62,707 nucleotides of DNA from a virus (lineage: Duplodnaviria > Caudoviricetes): positions 1-62,707 of IMG/VR virus record IMGVR_UViG_3300033134_000003; one strand, 5' to 3'. The position numbers and the translations under genes are program-made. Under the pieces are notes generated by a model. That model made no database searches and was not told the DNA's origin. It was given only the letters and a program-made list of their open reading frames with translations. This document shows positions 33,229-42,378 of this stretch, piece after piece; the first letter of the stretch is position 1, and the number at the start of each line of letters is the position of its first letter.

Positions 33229-35364
33229 TCAATCACCGCTCGGGACGATGCGGAGCTTCCGCGCGCGCTCGAGGCGCGCCGCCCGAGACTCCGGGTCGGT
33301 ATTCCTGGATTCATCCTCGGCCGGTGCTGCTCCGTCCATCACCGAGCGCATGCACCGCTGGCCGCTCTTGATCGAGCGCCCGACCATGCTGTGCGAGTCG
33401 CACGCATCCGAGTGCCGGTCGGAGAGCTCCTCGATTCGCTCGGACATGCCGTCCATCGCGCGAGTTACGCGGTGGTGATCGTAGCCAAGCTCTGCGAGCG
33501 TTGAGACGGCGCGCTTGTGGAGGCTGCGCAACTCCTCGGCGTGCTCGCTTACGGCCTGTTGATGCTCGCCTTGCGCGCGATGGTGCTTGAGCGCGCGGTC
33601 GAGGTGCCCGTGCGCGGTCGCGAGCTTCTCCTGATTCGCATTCGAGAGGGTCCGGCCCGCGCGTACGCACGCGATGCCGCGCCGGAATGCCCTGGTGCGG
33701 GGGGATGTGGCCCGCGCGACCCAGGCGCGCTCCCCGTCCGGGAGTTCATCGCTCCCGCCCTCGATCTGCTCGAGAAGCTCTGCGGTCTCCTCCTTCGCCA
33801 TAGCGAGGAACGCATCGGCCGCGGCCTGGAGGGCCTCACCGAGGAGCTGCGGCAAGTCAGAATCCTCGTCCTGCTCGAGCGCCTCCTCGATCGTTGAGTG
33901 ATCGTGCATGAAGCCAAGCTGCATGAGGAGGTAGCCGAGCTGGCCGCATTCGTAGAGGCCGCGGCGAAACCTCGGGGCCCCGATGCGGCGGCTCACCGGG
34001 GAGGCTCTGCGACCGGCGCCGCCCTTGCCCTTGGTGGTGGCAGTCTTCCCCTTGCCGGCTTTCCCCTTTCCCTTGGTGTCCTCCTCCTCTTCGTCGTCGT
34101 CCTCCTCGTCGTCCTCGTCATCCTCATCTTCGTCATCCTCCTCGCCCTTCGTCCCGGCGCGCTCCTTGTCCTCGTCCTCCTCGTCGTCTTCGTCCTCATC
34201 CTCCTCGTCATCTTTGGACTTGCCGGCGGATGCGGCGCGGCGCTGCTCCTCATCGCCGTCGCCCTTGCCGCCCTCCTTGTCCGCATCCTCCTGGGCCTCC
34301 TCGTCCTCCTCGCCGACGAGCGCGCGCTCCTCCTTCGATTCGTCGTCCTCGCCGATGCCGGCCTTTTCCTTGTAATGATCGAGCACGGTCTGCGCGGACT
34401 TCTTCACATCATCGGGGATGTCGGTCTGCGAGATGCGCGAGAGCGCCGCGCGGATGGCGCCCTTCGGAACCTTCAGCTCCCCGTCGACGACGTGGGCGAT
34501 CGGCAGTTTGTAGGAGCCGCGCTTGTCGGGCTCGGATGCGTCGTAAACGAGAAAGCCATTGCGCGCCTTGGCCGGGGAGAACTCATCCCCGCCCGCCCAT
34601 TCAAAGATGGACTTCTGAGCGGCCGCGCCGTCCCACGAATCGGAATCCTCGATCGGTAGGTTCTTCGAGGCTCCGACCTTCCAGTCCGACCCGGTAGCTC
34701 TGCTCACTGGACTCGCCATTTTTGCGGCTCTCCGTAGGTTTTCGATTTCCGCGCGCGGCACGAAGACCATGCCGCCGCTGTCAAGAATTCGCTCGGCCCA
34801 TTCATAGAGCGGGCTCGTGTCGATCCCCTGCGAGCGCGCGGTCGCAAGCGCCTCGGGGAGCGCGGGGATTGGGACCTGGCTCACCTCGAGGAGGTCCACT
34901 TTGCTGAAGTCGATCCCGCCCGGCCGAGCCCTGTCCTTCGAGAGCGACCACTCGAGCGGCTGCCACGAGGTCGAGACCGCATTCAGGTACCCGGCCCGCG
35001 TCAGCCGATAGATCATGTCGGCGAACGGGTTGAGGTCGCGCTCCGCGTACTCGACCGTGCCCTTGAGAACCCCGGCCACGTCCCCGATCTGCACCATCCG
35101 CCCGATCGGAGGCTGCTTGTCATCGTGGGCCCAGAGAAAGACGGGATTCTTGAGATAGTTGCGCAGCTGCCAGGCCTCGGGCTCGACGACGTGGAAGTCC
35201 CGGCCTACCGCACCCGTTGATAGAACGTAACGGATCAGGCGCCCGGACTCACCGGGCTCTGCGGGCTCTGCCAGGCCCATCGCCGATGCAACTGCGGCCT
35301 GCGGGTCGCGCTGGTCTGCATCTGCGAGCCTTGCGAACTGCTCTGGCGTGTAGAGGCGTCTCAC
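33229..35364 (-). CDS. HK97-type prohead protease with a long C-terminal extension
   Basis: YLKNPVFLWAHD, LNAVS, LLEVSQVPIPALPEAL; extra domain and D/E tract. Confidence 0.85.
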   Translation of the reverse strand: MRRLYTPEQFARLADADQRDPQAAVASAMGLAEPAEPGESGRLIRYVLSTGAVGRDFHVVEPEAWQLRNYLKNPVFLWAHDDKQPPIGRMVQIGDVAGVLKGTVEYAERDLNPFADMIYRLTRAGYLNAVSTSWQPLEWSLSKDRARPGGIDFSKVDLLEVSQVPIPALPEALATARSQGIDTSPLYEWAERILDSGGMVFVPRAEIENLRRAAKMASPVSRATGSDWKVGASKNLPIEDSDSWDGAAAQKSIFEWAGGDEFSPAKARNGFLVYDASEPDKRGSYKLPIAHVVDGELKVPKGAIRAALSRISQTDIPDDVKKSAQTVLDHYKEKAGIGEDDESKEERALVGEEDEEAQEDADKEGGKGDGDEEQRRAASAGKSKDDEEDEDEDDEEDEDKERAGTKGEEDDEDEDDEDDEEDDDEEEEDTKGKGKAGKGKTATTKGKGGAGRRASPVSRRIGAPRFRRGLYECGQLGYLLMQLGFMHDHSTIEEALEQDEDSDLPQLLGEALQAAADAFLAMAKEETAELLEQIEGGSDELPDGERAWVARATSPRTRAFRRGIACVRAGRTLSNANQEKLATAHGHLDRALKHHRAQGEHQQAVSEHAEELRSLHKRAVSTLAELGYDHHRVTRAMDGMSERIEELSDRHSDACDSHSMVGRSIKSGQRCMRSVMDGAAPAEDESRNTDPESRAARLERARKLRIVPSGD

Positions 35365-36818
35365 GTTCTCGCGTTCCCATTCAGTCTGCGTTTGCGCATG
35401 GGCGCCGCGCGCCCGTTGACGACCTTGCCGACTTTCTTGATCCCTTTCTTTGGCGGCCGGCCGCCGCCCTCGGCGCCCTCTCCGGTCTGATCAGATCCGA
35501 GCCCCGGCTGCTGCTCCTGTCCTGGGTTCGTGTCATCCGGGACGGTCGGGTCGTTCGGATCTGCCTGGCCTGCGAAGACATCCGAATCCATCGGGGCCGT
35601 GTTGACCGGACGATAGACCGTGTCGCCGCCCTCGAGGTCGTCCTGCCCCTCCTCGGCGCGCACCTCGTTGGGCGTTGCCCACCCCGTTCCCCCGAGCGCC
35701 ACGCGGTGCGCGGCATAACGGGTCTGAATATCCGCACGCAATATCCGATCGACATTGAACTCGATGAACATCTCATCGGTGTCGAGGTCGAAGGTGAACG
35801 GGATGCGCTCCTCCCACATGGTGATCCAGGTCGAGAGCGTGTAGTTCAAATACTCCTGCGCCTGCTGCGTGATGCCGGCGCCGGCGCTGCGACCCTGCTG
35901 CACGCCCAGCATGTGCGGGGGCACCCGATAGATGCGGCCGATCTCATCGAGCTGGAACTGCCGCGAGGCCATGAACTGCACATCCTGCGCAGTCATCGAC
36001 AGCGGCTCCCATTTCAGGCCCTGCTCGAGGATCGCCGTCTTGCCGGCGTTGTAGAGTCCGCTGTTCAACGCCTTCCAATCATCGGCGATGCGCTTGGCCG
36101 CATCTGCGGTCAGCTTGCCTTCGGTCTGCAGGACCCCGCTCGGCTTTGCGCTGTTCGCGGCCCACCGCGATGCGAGTTGCTCCTGCGCAATCGCGAGGCC
36201 GATCGCCTCGCGGGCCATGCTGATCGGTGAGAGGCCGAGAAGCCCGTTCATCGACAACGCCTTCAGGTGGAAGATGTCGTCCGAATGAATTAGAAGCGGC
36301 TCGCGAGCGAGCATTGCCATCTCGTGGAGCCCCGAGCGCGTGACCATGTAGAAGAGCTCGCCGTCGGGTGCTTCCCAGAGCGCGACGCGATCGGGATTGA
36401 TCGGCACGAGCTGCGTCGGATACCCGCGCGGGTCGCGCAGGATCACTGCGTACCCATTGCCACGCAAGAGAACGCTCGCCTGCAGCATCGAGCAGAACTC
36501 GAACCAGGTGAGCCAGCTCGCGGGCTTGCGCAGCAGCGGATAGAGGAAGTGTCCCTTCGCCTTCGTGCGCTTGCCGCCCTGGCGCTCGCCCTCAAAGATC
36601 ATCGCCCCGAGCTTTGCGAGATCGTAGGAGATGATCTGCACGCAGGCGAAGACGGCTGCGACCTGCATCGCAGAAGCCTGCCCCACGAGCACGCCCGCGG
36701 CGGTCGGAACCGACCAGCCCCAGTCGGCCCAATTCAAAGCATCGAGCGTCGTGTCGTTGGTGCGCGAGAACCGCGGCCCGAGCCCACGCGCGAGCGCGCC
36801 AAATAGACCCCGCGCCAT
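35361..36818 (-). CDS. Portal protein, HK97 family
   Basis: LLRGNGYA, GLSPI, ILEQGLKW, IGRIYRVPPHMLG, TPNEVRAEE. Confidence 0.95.
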   Translation of the reverse strand: MARGLFGALARGLGPRFSRTNDTTLDALNWADWGWSVPTAAGVLVGQASAMQVAAVFACVQIISYDLAKLGAMIFEGERQGGKRTKAKGHFLYPLLRKPASWLTWFEFCSMLQASVLLRGNGYAVILRDPRGYPTQLVPINPDRVALWEAPDGELFYMVTRSGLHEMAMLAREPLLIHSDDIFHLKALSMNGLLGLSPISMAREAIGLAIAQEQLASRWAANSAKPSGVLQTEGKLTADAAKRIADDWKALNSGLYNAGKTAILEQGLKWEPLSMTAQDVQFMASRQFQLDEIGRIYRVPPHMLGVQQGRSAGAGITQQAQEYLNYTLSTWITMWEERIPFTFDLDTDEMFIEFNVDRILRADIQTRYAAHRVALGGTGWATPNEVRAEEGQDDLEGGDTVYRPVNTAPMDSDVFAGQADPNDPTVPDDTNPGQEQQPGLGSDQTGEGAEGGGRPPKKGIKKVGKVVNGRAAPMRKRRLNGNART

Positions 36819-36979
36819 CAGGCCGCCCGGGCGCTCAGAAACGCGCCAGCGAGCAGCAGGGCCCCTCCGATGAGGAACCCGGCTGGTGGGTATATTCTCC
36901 AGGCGCCGTAAGAGATCAGAGCGGCGCCGGCGAGGCCGGCTAGGTCGCGTGCGAGCTCGGGCAGCGGAAATTTTCTCAG
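36818..36979 (-). CDS. Small membrane protein between terminase and portal (CTG start)
   Basis: RDLAGLAGAALISYGAWRIYPPAGFLIGGALLL; AAGGAG 8 nt before CTG; TGATG coupling to portal. Confidence 0.7.
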   Translation of the reverse strand: MRKFPLPELARDLAGLAGAALISYGAWRIYPPAGFLIGGALLLAGAFLSARAA

Positions 36980-36992
36980 GCTCGCCGCTCCT

Positions 36993-39959
36993 TCAAGTGC
37001 CGATGATGAGTAACCCGCGCTCCTCGTAAACGGAGCCGGGGCCGGACGAGGGCGCGCCTGTCGCGGCGCCCACCGCCATCGTGAGTGCGACCAGGGCGTC
37101 GATCCTGTTCACCGCGCGGCGCTTGGAGAACCAGCGGTTGTCGAACGGGTCGTGCTCTACGACGGCCGACATCATGGCGGAGATGACAACCGGGGAGCGG
37201 CGGATCCTGATGCGCTCCTCGAGGATCAGGGTCTCGAGCGCGACGACCGAGCCTGGCATCCAAAGTCCCTGCGGAGGCTCCTGGCTGTTCGCCTTCGCCG
37301 CATCGATCCACTCCTGGGGCGGCTTCGCGCGACGGACGCCCCCTTGTGGATGCTCGACCTGCGGGATCGTGATGCCGAGCTTGTCGAGCTCGTCCTCGAG
37401 CTTGCGATAGGCGTAGCGGTCGTACGCGAGAAGTCTTATCAGATACTCGATTGAGACTTCCGCAAGACGCGCGGCGACGAAGTCGAGCCGGATCGTCTTG
37501 CCCTCGATCGCATTCAGCCAACCGCCTTTGACCCACACCTCGTAAGGTGCCTGGTCCTTCAAGGCCCGCTCGGCGAGCGTGTCGCGAGGCGTCCAGACCT
37601 CGACCCACGCATCGAAGGTCGGAAGCTCGATCGGCTTGCCGTCTCGCTCGCGCGTGACGGTACCAGTTTGAACGCAGAAACCCGTGGCGGTGAGATCCTG
37701 AACGCCCGAGAGGTCCGCGGAGGCGCACAGCTCCTTGCCCACGTGGATCGCCGGATCGAAATCAAACAGCACACGCTCCAGAGCCTTGCGGCTCATCCAG
37801 GCGGTGTCGGCGTCAGTCCACACGCAGCCGTGCAACCGCAGAACGCCGTTCGCCTTGCCGGGGATGAGCTTCGCCTGTTTCACGGCTGATGCGATGGTCT
37901 CCTCGCGCACGATGACCCCGAGGAGCGGATTCGCCTTGATCCAGCACTTCGGGTCCTCGAGAAAGTCCTCGTCCTTGTCGAGGCCACAGACGTAACTGAA
38001 CGTCTCATCATCGATGGGCTCACCGACGTAGGTGAACTCATCATCCGGGGCCATCGTGCCGGCGGCGACGCGCACCGCGTGCTGATGCTCCTGCCAGCAC
38101 ACCGTGTTGCGATCGCTCCCGGAATTGGTCGCCATGACAAGGAGTGGCTGCCGGCGGAATTTGAATCCGCGCTCGAGCATGTCGATGATGGCCCCGCCGT
38201 CCTTGTGCTCGTGGATCTCGTCGCACAGCGCGCAGGAGGGCCGCGGGCCCGACTGACCATCATCCGAAGAGATCGGCTTGAAGGTCGACCCCGAGCGCGG
38301 ATCGGTCATCTGCCACACCGGATTTGCGCCCGACTTCAGGAGCCGAGACTGCAGCGCCGGGGACTGGTCGCGCATCGCCACCGCATCCCTGAAGAGGACC
38401 ATCGCCTGATCCTTTTTCGAGGCGGCTGCATACACCTCCGCGCGTGGCTCACCATCCGAGAGCATGCAGTAAAGGCCGATGCCGGCCTGCAGCGGGGAGT
38501 TGTGCGTCGCCACCATGCTGGTGCCGGCCAGAAACAGGTGCGACGGGCCATCCACCTGAATGCAGCGCACCGGGACCGAAGGAATCGGATCGCAGGCCAC
38601 GATCATTCGTCCGCGCGACAACGCGCGTCTTCCGGCCGGGGAAGGCTTCAGGCGCGCGAGTTTTCGTGGCAGCCGAAAAACTGGCACGTCGCCGGCGTGA
38701 AATTGAATCCGAAACGCCTCGCCACAGTCTTTGCCGTTTACCTTGGCGCGTACCGTGCTGTAGCTCGGCTTCAGTCCGAGCGTACGAACCAGCTCGATGA
38801 TGTCATCACGCAGCCGCGCGCTGATCGTGGTGATCTCGCACTGCGCTTGGCCTTTAGACACGAAGCCGTCGGTATCAGCGAGCCCCTGCAGGAGCGCAAG
38901 TCGCTGCGCGTGACTGCCACGCAAATAGCGAGCCGGAACGTGCTTGTTATGAAGCACACCCAGGGCGCGAAGTCGCGCAGTGAGGCCAGTGATCCTGAAA
39001 CGCCCGGTCGAGGGGCGCTGCGGCTTTCGTTCCACGACGCCGAACCCGTCGGCTGCCACCTGGTCGATGACCGCGCGATCCGCGAAAGCGGCGGTGATGC
39101 GGCCGCCGGCGCTGTCGCCATCACCCAACCAGGCGCCGAGCGTATAGGGCGGGATCGGTAGACTCGCCGCGGGCAGTTGCAGCGACCTGGCGACCTCGAT
39201 GCGATGATTCCATTTCGCCTGCGGATGCGCGCCCGATCCCTTGGGCACGACCAACGTGCGCGCGATCTCTGCCGTGGTGCGCAGGCCCTCGGCCCCCTTC
39301 GCGCTACGCTTCCACTGCGATCGCGGGACGCCGCGTATCTTGTCGCCGCGCCGGCCGCCGGTTCTCAGCCGCGCCGTGACCCACTGGTGCCCAGCCTCAG
39401 CGATTATTTCCCCGCCGTCGGAGAATCTCATGCGATAGCACTCGCGATTGAGCATCACGTCGCTCGCCGCAACCACGACTCGCGGTGCTCCTTGCTCGTC
39501 GAACACTCGGTCGCCAACGCGCAGCTCGCCCATCGTTGACCAGCCGCTGGGGGTGGGAATCGGGGTACCTACGAAAATCGGTTTCCCGTTCCCTTTCCCC
39601 TCCTCGAGGTACGCGCGCCGAAAGCGGCGCGACTTGTCCGTCGTGCGCTTCCACCCGAAGATCGACCCCACGATGAAAGCCTGCGAAGGCTCGAGCTTGA
39701 AGGGCTCGCCCTCGAACTGCCCGCTGTTCAGGCGCAGAACCGTCTCGAAGAACCTGATCGCGCGATCGGAGGCTTTCAGATCCCAGATGAGCCCGCGGCC
39801 TGCTCCGAGCCTCCTGTCGTCTAGGTGGCGGCGGCACGCGTTGCGAACGTGCGGACCGGCGATGATCCTGCCGGCGAGCACGGCGCGCGCATACGCGCCG
39901 ACGCGGTCCTCGGTCCTACGCGCCGAGGAACTCTTGCGCTGGGTCCTGCGAGCCGGCAT
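36993..39959 (-). CDS. terL: Terminase large subunit containing an intein
   Basis: Walker A GKGNGK/S split by the intein; Walker B LCDEIHEH; DLSGVQDL; RIDALVA. Confidence 0.95.
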   Translation of the reverse strand: MPARRTQRKSSSARRTEDRVGAYARAVLAGRIIAGPHVRNACRRHLDDRRLGAGRGLIWDLKASDRAIRFFETVLRLNSGQFEGEPFKLEPSQAFIVGSIFGWKRTTDKSRRFRRAYLEEGKGNGKPIFVGTPIPTPSGWSTMGELRVGDRVFDEQGAPRVVVAASDVMLNRECYRMRFSDGGEIIAEAGHQWVTARLRTGGRRGDKIRGVPRSQWKRSAKGAEGLRTTAEIARTLVVPKGSGAHPQAKWNHRIEVARSLQLPAASLPIPPYTLGAWLGDGDSAGGRITAAFADRAVIDQVAADGFGVVERKPQRPSTGRFRITGLTARLRALGVLHNKHVPARYLRGSHAQRLALLQGLADTDGFVSKGQAQCEITTISARLRDDIIELVRTLGLKPSYSTVRAKVNGKDCGEAFRIQFHAGDVPVFRLPRKLARLKPSPAGRRALSRGRMIVACDPIPSVPVRCIQVDGPSHLFLAGTSMVATHNSPLQAGIGLYCMLSDGEPRAEVYAAASKKDQAMVLFRDAVAMRDQSPALQSRLLKSGANPVWQMTDPRSGSTFKPISSDDGQSGPRPSCALCDEIHEHKDGGAIIDMLERGFKFRRQPLLVMATNSGSDRNTVCWQEHQHAVRVAAGTMAPDDEFTYVGEPIDDETFSYVCGLDKDEDFLEDPKCWIKANPLLGVIVREETIASAVKQAKLIPGKANGVLRLHGCVWTDADTAWMSRKALERVLFDFDPAIHVGKELCASADLSGVQDLTATGFCVQTGTVTRERDGKPIELPTFDAWVEVWTPRDTLAERALKDQAPYEVWVKGGWLNAIEGKTIRLDFVAARLAEVSIEYLIRLLAYDRYAYRKLEDELDKLGITIPQVEHPQGGVRRAKPPQEWIDAAKANSQEPPQGLWMPGSVVALETLILEERIRIRRSPVVISAMMSAVVEHDPFDNRWFSKRRAVNRIDALVALTMAVGAATGAPSSGPGSVYEERGLLIIGT
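38499..39581 (-). mobile_element. Class 3 intein (361 aa) with LAGLIDADG homing endonuclease
   Basis: Begins PIFVGTPIPTPSGW, ends THN|S; HQW, VRCIQV and THN supply the WCT triad; LGAWLGDG and LQGLADTDG. Confidence 0.9.
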
Positions 39960-40392
39960 CGCTCGGGTCGACGCTGACCCTGGTGCGCGAGCTCGGCGTG
40001 AAGCCAAGCTCCGAGGCGGCCTTCAACATGATCGCCGCCTGCTTGTTGATGATCGGCAGGTACGGGGACTGCACGAGATGCCCCTCCGGGGTCTTCGTTA
40101 GAAGCTGCAGCCCCCCAACGGCGTCGATGCGCGACTGCGCCTCGATCGCGCGTTGATAGATCTCACTCGCGACGCACCAGATCGCGAGCACCTCGCGGTC
40201 GAGGAGCTTCAACAGTCCAGGCGGTGCGCTCTCGATCGCGTAGCGCCACACCTCGCGCTGCTGGTCGGTGAACCAGCCGGGCGGTGTCTGAAGATTCCCG
40301 CGAGGCTTGGGTTCGTTGAGAGGCGGCGGGCGTCGCCCGCGATTGCCCTCTATCAGCCGCAGATGAGTCGGTTTCGGTTTTCGCCCGCGCAT
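39916..40392 (-). CDS. terS: Terminase small subunit, P27 family
   Basis: MRGRKPKPTHLRLIEGN, SPYL, SELGFTPSSRTR. Confidence 0.92.
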   Translation of the reverse strand: MRGRKPKPTHLRLIEGNRGRRPPPLNEPKPRGNLQTPPGWFTDQQREVWRYAIESAPPGLLKLLDREVLAIWCVASEIYQRAIEAQSRIDAVGGLQLLTKTPEGHLVQSPYLPIINKQAAIMLKAASELGFTPSSRTRVSVDPSDAGSQDPAQEFLGA

Positions 40393-40497
40393 GGTCCCTC
40401 ACCCTTTTCGCCGAAAGGGCATTTTCAGGAAAGATCGATAACCCCCTCGTTTCCCTACCATTGCTGCGCCGCACACGCATCTAGGTGCTTGTTTTTG

Positions 40498-40550
40498 TTT
40501 ACTTTTTCGTCCAAACGGCTCAGAATACGCCTCAGTAGATCAATGACTTG
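40498..40550 (+). promoter_or_regulatory. Sigma70-like promoter and IHF-like site for the counter-oriented cassette
   Basis: TTTACT-17 bp-CAGAAT; GATCAATGACTTG at 40538-40550 resembles WATCAANNNNTTR. Confidence 0.5.
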
Positions 40551-40572
40551 CCACCCACACGGAGACACGACC

Positions 40573-40776
40573 ATGACCACGAAGACCAAAGCTTTCCATG
40601 CCGCCCGTTCGCTCGCTGCCTACCGCGCGCACCTGACCCGCCAGACCGAGGCCCAGAAGAAGGCCCGCAACGCGAAGGCAAAGGCAGAGGCCCGCGCGAG
40701 CGCTGCCGCGATTCGCGGCCGCCTGGAGAAGTTCGCCCGCGCGAACACTCGCCTCCTGGCGCAGGCCGCAAGCTGA
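40573..40776 (+). CDS. Small basic hypothetical protein
   Basis: CACGGAG...GACCATG leader; Ala/Arg/Lys-rich. Confidence 0.7.
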   Translation: MTTKTKAFHAARSLAAYRAHLTRQTEAQKKARNAKAKAEARASAAAIRGRLEKFARANTRLLAQAAS

Positions 40777-40844
40777 AGACCCTTCGGGGGGCCGCAAGGC
40801 CCCCCGGTTCCCTTCCGGACCCATCACGTCGGAGACCAACGACC

Positions 40845-41087
40845 ATGACCCGAGCACAGAAGGCCGCCGCGACCCGCGCCGCCTACCGCATCCAGGCCGA
40901 ACGCCGCACGGCCGAGCAGGCCCGGATACGGGCGATCGTCGCCACGGGCAAGTGCCCGCTCTGCGCCTCGCCGCTGCGCCGCAACACTTCCCTGACGGGC
41001 TGGTGGCAGTGCAGCCAGTACGGGGCACCCGGCTTTCGCGCGATCGCGAGCAAGGCGCCTTGCGAGTGGCAAGGCTTCACGGAGTGA
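40845..41087 (+). CDS. Small zinc-binding hypothetical protein
   Basis: Same leader; CPLC...WWQC...CEWQGF. Confidence 0.7.
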   Translation: MTRAQKAAATRAAYRIQAERRTAEQARIRAIVATGKCPLCASPLRRNTSLTGWWQCSQYGAPGFRAIASKAPCEWQGFTE

Positions 41088-41154
41088 CCAGCTTGCGGCG
41101 CTCCACGTGGAACGCCGCGGGAAGCTCACTCACCCAACACGGAGACTTCAGACC

Positions 41155-41556
41155 ATGTCCGCCTTTGTCGTCCCAACCGCCCACATCGCCGCGATCGTCC
41201 GCGCCGCTCAGGAGCGCGGGCTCGTGAAACCCACGAAAGCCGCAGCCACCGCCGACATGCTCATGCGCGAGAACATCGCAAGCGTCCGGTACCGACACGA
41301 AGATCCTAGCGACCTCATCGCACCAGAGGCCCTCGAATCCTTCACCCGCGACCAGATCGAGACCGCCCGGAAGCTCAACGCGGATGAGACGCGCCACGCG
41401 ATAGCGTGCCTGGAATACCAGTCCTGCGAGCATCCCGGCTGGCACGACTCGGACGCGCGCAAGTTCCTCGACACGCTCAACACGACTTGCGTCTCGGCCG
41501 GCGGCAAGCGCACGGGCTCGTCGCACTCGGTCGGGTGCTGGCCCATCGGCGAATGA
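41155..41556 (+). CDS. Conserved phage hypothetical protein
   Basis: MSAFVV...ENIASVRYR...CLEYQSCEHPGW. Confidence 0.75.
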   Translation: MSAFVVPTAHIAAIVRAAQERGLVKPTKAAATADMLMRENIASVRYRHEDPSDLIAPEALESFTRDQIETARKLNADETRHAIACLEYQSCEHPGWHDSDARKFLDTLNTTCVSAGGKRTGSSHSVGCWPIGE

Positions 41557-41625
41557 CGTTGAGAGGGCGCCTTTGGACCTTGCGAGGGCGCCCCGCTGAA
41601 CGCCACCACACGGAGACGCAAGACC

Positions 41626-42294
41626 ATGACCGCAATTCAGACCCTACAGCAGCTCGCGCAGGCCGGGCGCATCCCGTACCGCGAGTTACGCTTTGCCCTT
41701 TCGCTCATCCGCGCGGACGGCGCGCAGGGCATGACCCTCTCGCAGGCGCAATGGGCTGAGCGGCTCGTCGCGCGCCTCACCGCTCCCGCCGCACCGGCAG
41801 CCGCGGTGCCCGGGATGCCGGGCGTCGTCGCGCTCCTGGCGCGCGCGCGGGCAAGCGGGCTCAAGTTCCCTAAGCTCTGGCTGCGCTTCGCAGACGGCTC
41901 GCCCCTTCGCATCACCGTCGCAGGCGAGAAGTCCCGGACCCCGGGCTACCTCATGCTGACCGACGGGGAATCCTTCGGCTCGAATCGCTACTACGGGCGC
42001 ATCAGTCCGCAAGGCGCGCTCGACATTGGCCGGGACGGGCATCAGAGGACCGCGGAACTCGTCGCGCTCCTATCGCGCCTCGGGGATGACCCGGCAGGCG
42101 TCGCGGCCGAGTTCGGGCACCTGACCGGTCATTGCTGCTTCTGCTCGCTTGCGCTGAAGGACGAGCGCTCCGTCGCGGTCGGCTATGGCCCGATCTGCGC
42201 GGAGAAGTTCGGCGTCCCCTGGGGCGAGCGGCCGGCAACGGACAGCCCGAAGAGCGCGCGCAAGGCCCGCACGCGCGCGACCGCTGCCGCCTGA
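41626..42294 (+). CDS. DUF6011-like zinc-finger protein
   Basis: GHCCFCSLALKDERSVAVGYGPICA. Confidence 0.75.
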   Translation: MTAIQTLQQLAQAGRIPYRELRFALSLIRADGAQGMTLSQAQWAERLVARLTAPAAPAAAVPGMPGVVALLARARASGLKFPKLWLRFADGSPLRITVAGEKSRTPGYLMLTDGESFGSNRYYGRISPQGALDIGRDGHQRTAELVALLSRLGDDPAGVAAEFGHLTGHCCFCSLALKDERSVAVGYGPICAEKFGVPWGERPATDSPKSARKARTRATAAA

Positions 42295-42378
42295 GAAGAG
42301 CCCAGCCTGTAGCGGCTCGCCCCTCGGGCCGCTACGGGATGCCGGCTTTTCGGCATCGCATCACGGAGTTTCCAGACC

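Noticed and set aside
33898-34697. + strand poly-Ser/Leu-Val ORFs
   Set aside because: Shadows of the acidic tract in the protease gene
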